This document shows positions 38,100 through 49,738 of a DNA stretch of 64,000 bases, one piece after another. The notes beneath the pieces were generated by a model. The model saw only the letters and a program-made list of their open reading frames with translations. It was not told the origin of the DNA and did no database searches. The DNA lies in the NCBI GenBank assembly GCA_002189035.1, contig NEEC01000009.1, positions 1,612,001-1,676,000 on the forward strand, written 5' to 3'. Position numbers and translations under genes: made by a program. The stretch is from Utricularia gibba (Eukaryota > Plantae > Magnoliophyta). The first letter of the stretch is position 1. Every line of letters begins with the position of its first letter.

Positions 38100-39186
38100 T
38101 TCACCTCTGAATTGCAGTTGGTAATCTTAGTAAACGTCTCTCTCTTTCTTCAAAGTACATAGTTACGTACCACCGGCAAAGGTTTGTAAATTTATTCATT
38201 CAGATGCCCTCTTGGTGCATGTAATTTGTGGGATGTTGCACGAATGACTGGAACTAGTTACCTAAAAGAGAGTTAACAGGTATCTCATTGTTCTATCATG
38301 CTTAGGGAGGAACCCGAGCAAAAGATCCAGTATCAGTTTTTTTTGCAGGGTGTCCTTGGGACTCTGGGGAGCGAACTACGGATACACTAGGAGAGGAGAC
38401 CACTGTGGACCGTTTTCCAGCGTCGGAATTCAGGCGAAACGTGATGGATGATTGATGCATCGCACCCCTTGAAATTATGGGAGTCGAAATTATCGAGTGC
38501 TTACCGTAGGGTTTGTAAACCCTAATCCCTCTCGGCCCGCGCGAAAAGTACAACCGCACGTGCTTTTTAGGTTCCGGTTCGGGCCTATACAGGGTAGAAA
38601 AAAAAATCGCATATGGGCCTGGGTATACACTTTAAAACAGCCCAAACTCACTTTATGCGGCCCGGACAAGTATGGCTGTGTGCCTAGGATGCCCAGGCCA
38701 TAGCAGCGAGCCCCGACCTCCAGCTGACCCGAACTCCATAGAAGCAGGCCCTAGGCCTCCCAGAGATTTCTATAGTAAGTTTCAGGGTTACGGGCCTAGT
38801 CCATGGACATGGTAAGCAGCATGTCGTCGAGGCTAAATACATATTGCCAGTTTTTTTAATGAGATGAAGACTGTTTATTAGATTTATTAATGTCGAAAAA
38901 TCACACTTATTAAGCAACATATTTTCTAATACATGTGTAACTCATAGTTTGAAAATCACATGTAAAATTTGTATTAAATATATTTTTAATTTTAATTATT
39001 TAACATAAACATAAAAAATAGTACGATCCACCTAATGGAATCTAGTTAAATATAAGAAAAAATTTCATTATCACCAAATTGCAACTCCCTAGAACAACCA
39101 CTGCCATAAAAGATTTCTTCGTGCATGCATCGCCAGAAGCATAAACAAACCAAACCATGAGCTCATTTACTGAGAATCTAAACGTA

Positions 39187-40690
39187 CCATCGGCTGAAAG
39201 AGGCTGCATTTATTGCAACAAACCGCTTTTGCGTGAATGCATCCAGCTCATGTTGCGGTACATCTGCCTTTTAAAGAATATGAAGTACTGAAATCACAAA
39301 AACTGATGATTTCACAGTCGAGTAATTGCGCTTGCCGCAAACTTAACCAGCCAACATGAAAGTCGAAATTCAGATTAAAATTCCGCGTTATAGGCCGTTC
39401 TTACCTGCTCATATCCAAGAGTGCCCTGTATATAAAGCCCACTAAAAAACCGGAGAACATGCATCCCCTCTAGCTTCCGAGCTTGAAACCTCTTCAAGAT
39501 CAGCTTGCCATATCTCTATCTCTATCTTTTCAAACCTTTCAGTAAACCAAGATGACTGTAATATGATCTGAGGCCATCATTGGGAGTTCCTAATCCAAAG
39601 CGGGTTCAAGGAACACCGCTGACCGGAAATATTTACATCGGATGTAAGTCGATGGCACGACGGAATGCTCCTCCTTACACCTGCACAGAGAAATGAAAGA
39701 GATGGTGCCGGGGAAGAGAAGGGTGACATGCGATTAAAAATGAAACGAAGATTGAACTGACTGTGCTGGAGATGAAGCTAAGGGGTCATAATATGACCAG
39801 GCGTGTCCCAAATACGCAAAACCCGGAAGGCACATAAATCTACCTACACTCTGCACTAAGGATATATAAGTGCATACACAAACTAGCCCATCAACCAGAG
39901 TATACCTTCTCAGATCCCCCAGAAAAAGTAGTCATGCGCATCTGCTCCAGTTTGCTTTAAAACAGTCGAACAGTTTACACCTGCGCAATGCTAACAAATA
40001 CAGAAGTTACAAAATAAGGCTATCTCGGTTTCATGCTAGTATCATACGAAAGGTCAGGTACCACATGCAGTTACAGAATGATAATTAGGCCGGATAAGTT
40101 GGCGGCTAAGGCATAAAATGAATGAAAATCTATTTGAAAAACAAAGTATATTGCATTAAAGTGTTCCAGGCTATGGTGGCTTTCCTTCCGAATAGCTGAT
40201 TAACAAGAATATACATGAATCGAGATGGAAATATTCACTTTACATCATCAGCATCATTTAGAACATAATCAGCGCTTCCAGCACTAGGATTAGTCGCATT
40301 TCCATTTGTTCTAATGTAACTCCGATCTATCCAAGTTTGAGGAAAATGAACTAAATCATCCTGAATCTCGAACAACAATCTGTAACAACTCTGAGTCAAC
40401 AACGAAAAAAAAACACACACGCGCGCGTGGAATAAAGTGTAGCAGCACATCTGAGAATCAAGATCAACAATTCCACCCAGCGTGCAGACTCCTATTCGAA
40501 GCAGACAATCAAACTCACTACTTAACTGATCCTAAATGACGAGACATACGAATTAGGCCAGGGTGATGCCCCGATCTGACCGCTAAACTTAACTGATGGA
40601 TATCAGGCGGAGCTTACGGCGGAGAGTGAGAAGTTCCGCACCAGTTGCGGCGAGCGAGGGCTTGTAGAGATTCGTTCGTCTGTACGCATT
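39187..40690 (-). other. Unidentified spliced locus (lncRNA, short-ORF gene or decayed gene)
   Basis: There is a series of consensus minus-strand donors (GTAAGC 40617, GTATAC near 39905, GTAAGA near 39404, GTACGT near 39187) and acceptors with pyrimidine tracts (tgcgcag 39981, ctgtgcag 39681, gatttcag near 39288), but no recognisable long ORF. Confidence 0.4.
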
Positions 40691-41457
40691 GGCAACTTCA
40701 ATATCACTGGCTCGTGGAAAATCCACAACGAGAACAGCCTGGAGCCCACACATTTTTAAACCGGCCCGCGAAATTGAAAACGAGTCATCGAAAAAAACGT
40801 GATTAAAATAAACAACTAAATCATTTATTCCTAGTTTTTGGCTCGTCGGTTAACTCTTTTTTCCTAATAAAAATGAGGTATTTAAAATACAAAATAAAAA
40901 ATGAAAATAACCATAATACTCTTACATTTGAAAACCCTAAATTCACGTAAATTGAAGTCAAAAGAACTAATTTTTATCATTTTAGTTATCAAGTAATAAA
41001 TGTAATTGAGGTATTAATATGGAATTTCAAATGCCACGTAATTATTTCAAATGGTTTTTAAAATATAAGAATAGGAAATTGGTAATTAGCGTAATTTATG
41101 TCAAATAAAAAGGAGTAATCAGCGTTTTCACGAAACTTTTTTCAAGCGGTTAGAGTTCCGAAGTCGGACGGGGGAGATGGCGAGAAAGTCTGACACTTGA
41201 AGTAGCAGAAGAAGAACGGGGATCCTTCTTTCTGCGTGTATACGGTAGCATTCATTCGCATCGAAGGAGTTAGCTGGAATCTCAAATCCCTAAAAGAGAA
41301 AAGACGCAAACCTACTTCCCTTGGGTATAGGGAATCGTTTTTCTGGCATTCTGTTCAAGACTTACGCTGTCAGGTGTTACCAACAGATTTGATTATGATT
41401 AATTGAAGAAGAAGTCTTGTTCTGGAGAAGACCCATTTGGATTTTTCCCGTTTTGTC

Positions 41458-43386
41458 ATGGGAGGCGTAACGGTCGAGGATATCTGCATCTTTAACAAGG
41501 TGACGCTTCTTGATTCGTTTGGGAGATTGGATGTTTAACGTGTGAGAGCGAAAGAAGTAGGGTTTATAGTTCTGTGTGAACCCCATTCCTGTATTTTGAA
41601 TTTTGTTTAGCGGGTGAGAGCGAAGGAACTAAGGATTGAATTTTTCTTGTTCTCCTTTATAGTTTAGTGTGAATACCATTCCTGCATTTTGAATTCCGCG
41701 TTTTCCTGTTTCGATTCCGTGAATTTTCCTTCTGGGAATGGCTAGTCTTTTTTAAAATCTAATCTGCTTGGCATCAAATTGGAATATTTTCTGCTCTTCT
41801 TTTTCTTTTCCTGTCTTTTCTTTCTGGTTTTCCGATTTCCTTTAGATAAGCTGTGTATATTGCATTCTAGTCTCTTGTGAAGATGAACTCTCATAGCCAA
41901 GTTTACTGCTTTTTCTTACACATTGGGATGATACTTTGCTCGTGAGGGGTGATGGGGCTTTTCTTCATTTCTGATGGATATTGTTCTTGTGCTCCGTTTT
42001 TTTTTTTATTGTAATGATTTTTGAATTGTTCTACTAACTTGAATGCAGGATGCTATAATTATTAAGCCTCCTATGAAACCTCCTGCATCTAGGAGAATAT
42101 TATTTCTAGTGATTGCATTGCTTTCGGGTGTTTATATCTTCTCGGTTTGTCTGAAGCAAACCAACTTTCAGACAAGCTCAGAATTCCTAAATGTTGAATC
42201 TCATTCAAAACGTTGTAACGACTACAGCATTGATAGATCCCAAACTCCATTCTTGCACTATCCAAAACCCGCAACATTTAACAGGTCTATAGCTAGAAAT
42301 GTGTTTCACAAAGTCAATTTGATGCACCTCCTTGTGTATCAATCAGTCAACTGTGTTGTTTATTTGTTTCTAGGGCTGAATGTGAGTGCAATCCTGTACG
42401 ACTTTTTGCTATTGTCTCAATGCAAAGATCAGGGAGCGGATGGTTTGAAACTTTGTTGAATAGCCATACAAATGTTAGCTCCAACGGGGAGATATTCGCA
42501 GTCACAGGGCGGAGAAGCAATGCCTCATCAATCTTCACAACACTTGATCAAGTTTACAACTTGGACTGGTTTTCTAGTGCTTCGAAGAACCACTGCTCCG
42601 CAGCTGTAGGCTTCAAATGGATGCTGAATCAGGTTTCTTGTCAGCATATTTTGTGGGCTTCATATGCCTGTAATTCTCCGGTTAAGTATTTACATGCCTT
42701 GATGCTCTTCAGGGAATTATGGAGTATCACAACGAAATTGTTGACTACTTCAATAGAAAAGGTGTTGCAGTTGTCTTCCTCTTCCGCAGAAATCTACTTC
42801 GACGAATGGTATCAGTGCTTGCTAATTCTTATGATCGATATGCAAAACTTCTCAATGGGACACACAAGTCCCACGTTCACTCTCCTGAAGAGGTGCTTTC
42901 TGTTTCTGTGATTCAGCTCGCATCAGCTTCTAAAGCATCAGAAGCAAACTTTTTGATTTCATGTTATTGGCATTCTTTGCAGGCTGAAACTCTTGCTAGT
43001 TATAAACCCAAAATCGACCCAAAAACTCTAGTGACAGATCTTGAGAGCATGGAGAAGATTATTTCTCAGGCTCTGGAGTACTTCAGGAGTACCAGGCACA
43101 TGATCCTTTACTATGAGGATCTTGTGAAGCACAGAACAGTAAGTTCCCAAAACAATAAACAACTTTGCAGTGAATTTACTCACGATTTACGTGTCTCCAA
43201 CTTTGCTGCCAGAAACTAGATGATGTTCAGAACTTTTTGGGCCTACCATTGATGCCGTTGACGAGCAAGCAAGTGAAGATACACAAAGGACCCTTGAGAG
43301 AACATATCATGAATTGGGACGAAGTCAGTGACTCTCTCAGTGGAACCACTTATGAAGGCCTGTTTGACACTGACTACAGCAATTAG
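41458..43386 (+). CDS. NodH-like / Stf0-type sulfotransferase-fold membrane protein; multi-exon
   Basis: The first coding exon reads MGGVTVEDICIFNK, followed by DAIIIKPP and a TM helix. Later motifs are the PAPS-binding-like SMQRSGSGWFETLLNSH, SAAVGFKWMLNQ, LFRRNLLRRMVSVLAN, YYEDLV and QVKIHKGPL. The stop is at 43384-43386. Confidence 0.88.
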
Positions 43387-43936
43387 AGCGTTTTTTTGGA
43401 GCTGCTGAAGATGGCTTTTCGAATCAATAAAGCAACCCAGTTGACTATCGTTAACTGATCCTTGTATCTCTACCATTCTTTTGTTGCTTGAGGACCTCTT
43501 TTGCTAACAGTGAGCAGAAGAATGTGTACAGAGCTTATACTAAAGCCTTTTGTAGGAATCAGGAAGGCGTTCACATGCCCCCTTGCTGCTTTAAGGTTCT
43601 ACATTCACTGCATCCTCTCCTGTCCCCCCATTCCATCACAATGCACCTCAGGAAACAAGGCTTTTTTGCTTGCTCTGCATTCACCATCCTCCTCATATCC
43701 AGCAACCACCATTTTGATGCTCGAAAATGCACGTACCACATGAAATCTGCTCACCACAGACAAAGCAATGGGTGGTTGGCACACCCAGAGGCCGCAGCGC
43801 AGCCCATGAAATCTCCTGGGGCGAAATAAGCAATAGCCTTACGACGTTTTTGTAAATTCCAAAAGTAGCACACATATTAAACAGAAACCAGGAATATTTG
43901 CAACAAAAGAACTCATCTCTCCTCTCCTCTGCGTAG

Positions 43937-43950
43937 GTGTGTGTGTGTGT
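43937..43950. repeat. (GT)7 microsatellite
   Basis: Directly visible. Confidence 0.8.
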
Positions 43951-46550
43951 GCGGGCGCGCGTCCCTCTCGCTACAGTTCACCTCGTTCATGGTCCATATG
44001 GACCACAACCATCAAAAAAGGACAGCAACTGAATGAGACAATACGATCGGCTTTTCCAGACAAAAGCTAGCTGGTGTTCCAGTTCCCTTCTCCAAACCTG
44101 TGAACACGAACCTTTTTCGCTTCTCCGACACCCTGTAAATCCTCAATAGCATCTCCATTCCGACCCCATGGATCCCTAGACTGCCCGCAGCATGGAATCC
44201 GGGAGGGATTAAGTGGAGCTTAAGTTAATCTCTTCTCCATTGGGTGGCTCTTGCCATGTTTCTGGATTTAATGCAGAGGCATCATTTGTTTGTGTGTACT
44301 CGAGATTTTGTTGAACAAGGACCACCGTTTTATGTTTCTTTCTTTCGTTATTTTTTTAAAAATAAAATACAACAAAACAGTTGTTAAAATATATTTTTTC
44401 TTAATTTTGTCGTTAAAATCGAACACGTGGCAGCGTTCTTTCTCCATTCGGAAGTTGCTCATCATTCCAAATTCGGAAGCGTGCAGTGCGAATTGATTGA
44501 ATACATTAATGTATTTTTTGGTATGATTTTAAATTGAATTTGATTAAAACTTTTATAAAAAAATATTATTATTATTATTAATGTTTAATATTTCTAATTT
44601 TTAATAGAAAATATTAAACCGAATACAAAAAAACATAGATCCGAATTGAATTTAATTTAAGTTTGGGGTTCAATATTGGATTTTAAAATATTAATATTTA
44701 TTAGAATAAACAATTTCATATCAATAAATTAAAATGAAATGATTAAATATATAAAAGATTATCAATCATTAGTAATCAATTAAGTTTGATTTTTTTTTAA
44801 ATATGATTTAGATTTATTATATATTTAAATTTCATTTATGTTTGCACGCAATTTATCGGATCTTTAATTTTGACATAGTATGAGAATATTTGCCTCGTGA
44901 CATGGTCAAAATGGGTTTCGAGTCTAAGTTTCAATTAAAAAACAACAAAAACTATGCATTAGGTCATGGTAACAAAAAATTAGATCAATTTATGATTTTA
45001 ATACTATTCATAATAAAATAAATAAATTTTAATTAGACCAAGATTAATTCCACTTGAATAAGGGTATTAAAATAAATAATTCAACATTGATAAATTAAAG
45101 TAAAATGATCAAATATATACAAATTTTTAGTAATTGAATAAACTCAACTTTTTTAAATATGATTCATGTTTTTTTGTATATTTGAATTTTAGATGTATTC
45201 ATAAGATCCTTAATTTCAAGTGTCCATAACTAGTGAGCAAAATGTACAAAATCATATACAATTTAGTGGTTTAGTGCGTTTTGTAGAAATTATTAGCCCA
45301 TGTATCTGGGGTCGGGTCGGGTTTGCATTTTGGCACTGATGGGTCAAAACTCATGGATCCGAGTGCGATGGAGTGGGCATTTATATAGAGTTTGATCGTG
45401 CGAACAAATTGAAATTGGGGTAGTTTCCTAGTCCAGGGATGTAATGGTGTGAAAGGTAAGAAAGGTAGAAACTCCCACAATAGAAAGCCAAGGTGCGTGC
45501 AAATTTGGATAGTTTCCCTTTAAATCTCTCACATCAGTCGCTGGGTTGGGTCCATGGCCAACACTTCCACCCTTTTTCACTGCGGGTCCATCCTACTCCT
45601 TCACAGTGACGCCTTGCCCACCGCAATTCATTCAGGTCTAGCACCACCTTTTATTCCATTCCATTCTGGTTCTGTTTGTTTAGAATCCCCCCTGAATCGG
45701 AATCCGAGTCCTCTACCTATGTTTTCTTGGGAAGTTTTCAAGATTGATTTGGTTCCGAAGTGGGATGGAGAAGGAGGGTGTTGATCACTGTGCTGGGAAT
45801 GATACATTGTGTGTGCCAGAAAACACTCCTCTTCAGTAATTAAGATCCGGGTGATTAAGCCTACATGAAATTTAATTGGAGGGAATTTTTTACCTCACAT
45901 GCAGTAGGAACTTGGAATGAATGTCTTTGACGTGCTCACCTACAACAAAGGCGACCAAGAAGGTGGTTGGGTGGGTACGCACGCTTCTTAAATCAAGATT
46001 CCGATGGTGTAAAAACCTTTTGGTGGGCAATGCTAGTCTCGTCACCCCCTGAGCTTAAATTGATGATTTAATGGTTTTTTATGAGAAACCCAGGCGTCTT
46101 TTGTTCGCATTTATCGATTTTCCAGGTATTTACATTTCCTTGGCCAGCGTGGAATGCTGTACCTGGTTCAGAACCAGTTTTTTTTATCAGTGCCTTTTGT
46201 AGTTTTCACGCTTCTCCAAAAACCCGTGTGGTTGCAGTAAGATAAATGAAGTTCTACTGATGGGTAGAAGAGTTTTAAATTAACCCCAGAAAGGTGTTTG
46301 CGTTTCTGTTTCTGTGAATCTTGTTACTTGTCTCTGTTTTCACTTCCCGCAGTCGCTTACTGGGGTGAAACGTCGTGATAGTAATGGGTAGTCATTCGTG
46401 TTACACTTCATTCTTGGAACACTTAGTCATTTGACATTCTGCTTGACACAACTTTGTGTTTTGTTTTTGTTTCCCCTGCAGATGATTGAAAGCTCTGCGA
46501 AAAAGGTGTGCCGCAGATCCTGACGATGCCGTCAACTACTGTTCCATCAA

Positions 46551-47893
46551 ATGAATAGTAGCAGATCTGATTCAAAGAAACAGGCTAGTGCTGCATTTCT
46601 TCAAAATGTGAGCTGTGTTTGTTTACTGTTTTGCAAATTCGTTGGGAAAATGGAACTGGCAATCGGTGATAGTTTCTTGATATCGGTTTTGCTTGTTGCC
46701 ACCACAATCTATGCCAATTCTCCACTGAATTTTTCAAAATCTAGAGACAGAGTAACCCCCCCTGTCTGAATCTGCTTGTAGAAAAATAAAAAAGAGTTTT
46801 CAATTGTTGTGCTCTGCAGGGAAAGATGATGGACTTGCAGAGAAAAAAGTCAAAACTCGGAGAGAAATCGACGGCAAGACGGCAATCGGTGCGCGAAAGA
46901 AAGTTGGCATTGTTACAAGATGTAAGCAGCAGATGCAAAAGCATAAGATAAGAAGAATTATTCTGCAATACAATGTGCGAATGATCTGCGGTCTTTTCAG
47001 GTTGAAAATCTAAAGAAGAAGCTAAGGCAAGAAGAGAATGTACATAGAGCTTTGGAGAGAGCTTTTACCAGGCCCTTAGGTTCTCTCCCTCGTCTTCCTC
47101 CATGTCTCCCTCAATACGTAAGTCAAGTGGAGCAATTCGATATTCCTAGTCTGCTGAATGCTTGAAGCTTTTACCTGATCTCTGCTATGGTGTTGTAGAC
47201 TCTTGAGCTTCTAGCTGAAGTAGCCGTGTTGGAAGAGGAGGTTCTTCGTTTAGAAGAAAAGGTTGTTCATTTCAGGCAAGGTCTATATCTAGAAGCTGCT
47301 CACATATCCTCCCGAAATACATCGTTGCTATGGAGCATTAGCTCTAAGCAGAGGCACTCAGGATCTTTATGCCATAGTGAAAGTGCTTCAGATTCACTTG
47401 GCACGCCTTTACATCAAAGAGCTGCTTCAGCTAGAAAGTTGTTACCTGAAGACAGTGTCACTGATGGTCTAAGGCACAGCTCTGATAGCCCTTCAGACGG
47501 TAAACAACGCCTCAAAGTTAAGTTTTTGGAATCAGAAGATGCACTTGCTCGAAAGAATCGGTGCAGCTCCAAAACGCGCAAGGAAAAGGTGCATCCTCAG
47601 AAGAAACCAGTGGTTGAAGCATCCCTGATGAAGGAGTTGAAGGATGCAGCAACAGTAAAAAATGCAGATATCCCCATGATTCAGGTGCCTTGTGTTTGCT
47701 ATAATTTACACCCAAGTTAATAGACAGGCAACCAGTGCATTTAAGTAGGATATGATTGAATTGATGAAACAGTTACTGCCACCACCTTCATAGGAATGAG
47801 GTGAAGAAACAATATGTCTCCGTCTGTAATTATGTTTGCTGATCTCTGATGCGCCTTCATTTTCAGGCTTCTCCTGCACAAGCTACTACATGA
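46551..47893 (+). pseudogene. Truncated ternary complex factor MIP1-like gene: leucine-zipper domain only, DUF547 missing (pseudogene or short zipper protein)
   Basis: In-frame exons give [79 protein letters not shown]. The next exon (from 47867) stops after ASPAQATT. No DUF547 motifs (AFWIN-YN, HGIP) were seen before the SnRK2 gene. Confidence 0.7.
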
Positions 47894-49738
47894 GATGATG
47901 GGCAACAACTCCTCAATTCTCTTGATCAAGGGGGGTAGTGTGGAGGGAACCTATGGAATATCACTGTTTTACGGTGCACCGGAAAACACAAGCCCGGTAA
48001 CATGGGGATACACCGGAAAATAAGAAGGAAGAAGCAAAAGACAGAAGCTGAAACCTCCTACACTTGATGGGCTGATGCATCTCTTAAAGAAAGGAGTCAT
48101 GGGCAAGATTGCACCAACAACCGAAGCTTTTCCTTTATCACATGAAGAGAGATAGTCAAGTTTGTTTCTGCTGGAACAATAGAAGTTTTGTTATTTTAGA
48201 CTGCAAATAACGCGAGGAGGACTGAATGTGCCGCTCCACGAGGGAGGGGCGCTTGTTTTCTTCCTTGTACTACTACAAATTCATTTTTGTATTCCGAGGA
48301 AGCACCTTCATCATTTGCCATCTCACTGCCACGTGGACTCGCACATGCACACTCTCTACCATAGAGGTATGTTTTCAACTCAGGGATAAAAAACCTGACC
48401 AGTATAGAGCCGGATTCAAAGCCCGGTTTGACCGGTCAAATTGAAATTAATAAAAATATCTTTTTAAAAAATCATTTTGAATCTCATTAAATAATCAATT
48501 ATCAATATTAAGTATTAATAAAAAAATAAATCCATAAATTAAATTTTTAAGAACACATGTGTTGTACATAAAATAATAAAAGTATAAAAAAATTAGATCT
48601 TTAATGACGAGGTCAGAGATAGGAGAACAGTTGGTATTCTAGTTATGGATGGATCAACTCAAGTTTTTAATCCTGGATCCTGCATTAATCATGCTGTGTT
48701 ATTTTCCTAAACATCATTAATTAACTTATTGGATAACCTCTTGACCGCCCGCGCGTAGGTCATTATTATTATGAATCTACAGGAGGCCAAGGAAAGAAGG
48801 AAATTTTCACATTGCATCGATTCTCTGTTCGGAATCGCGGTTGAAGCTCGCTCTGATCGTGCGTGTTTCTGATCTCTGCTCCCTACCGGAACCCTCGCCG
48901 CCGCTCTGCCCCGTTGCGATCAGGTTCCGATTCTCTCTTACGTCCGACTGATTTTCGTTGTAGCTTAGGCCGCCGTCCTCCATGCTGTAAAAATCGTCGT
49001 TAACGAGGGAGGGAGGGGGTGAATTCTGAATGACGGACGAACTCAGGGTTTCATGGTTAAAAGGGTAATTATGTCTTTTCCCATTCACATTGTTTTATTC
49101 ACCTATTCTGCTTTATTAAATAATATTCAAAACCATTCATTCATTCATTCCATCATGGCTATGACAAGGGGTGGACCAAACGAGCAACATAATTACTGTT
49201 TGTTTTTTTTAATGGACAACGAGAACCCAAGTTGCTGCTTTTATTTGACTAATAATTAATTAAATTAATGGAGGGGGGAAATCAAGTGACGACGCTGCAA
49301 GTTGACAACTGGCAGTATGACTCATTATTTATTTATTTATTATTTCGGTGTTATTATTATTATTATTTTTATTTTTATTTTCCGAGTCACATGGGGAGCC
49401 ACATATGGACATTAAACAGCCACCTAGAATTATGCTATTATCCAATCACGTTAGCTAAAAGGGCATCGAGGGGTAGTCGTTTTCAGTGGGCAACGACGCC
49501 GTTTTAGTTCACCCCCCCAACCCGCCACCGCCATATCCGGAACTCGCCTTGTCGGCGACTGCGATCCTGGAGATTTCGTAGTCTTTTGTCTTGTTCCTCT
49601 ACCACAGCCGCGATTCCTCTCCGAATACTTCGCTCCAATCGGATTACTCCGTGAGCCGCTATCGGCGACCGGTTTCTCCAGTGGGAATGAGTGAGTGAGC
49701 TGAAGGGACTATATTAGTGCGTCGTACCTTCAGTTGGT

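Noticed and set aside
38340-38470. Telomerase RNA candidate (AAGGGGTG start with CACCCT closing stem on the minus strand)
   Set aside because: It has no 1.5-repeat telomere template, no USE/TATA at Pol III spacing and no T-run terminator on that strand.
48196-48378. Minus-strand ORF ending APLPRGAAH as a CLE/PIP/CEP peptide
   Set aside because: It has no signal peptide, the motif match is poor, and the motif is not C-terminal.
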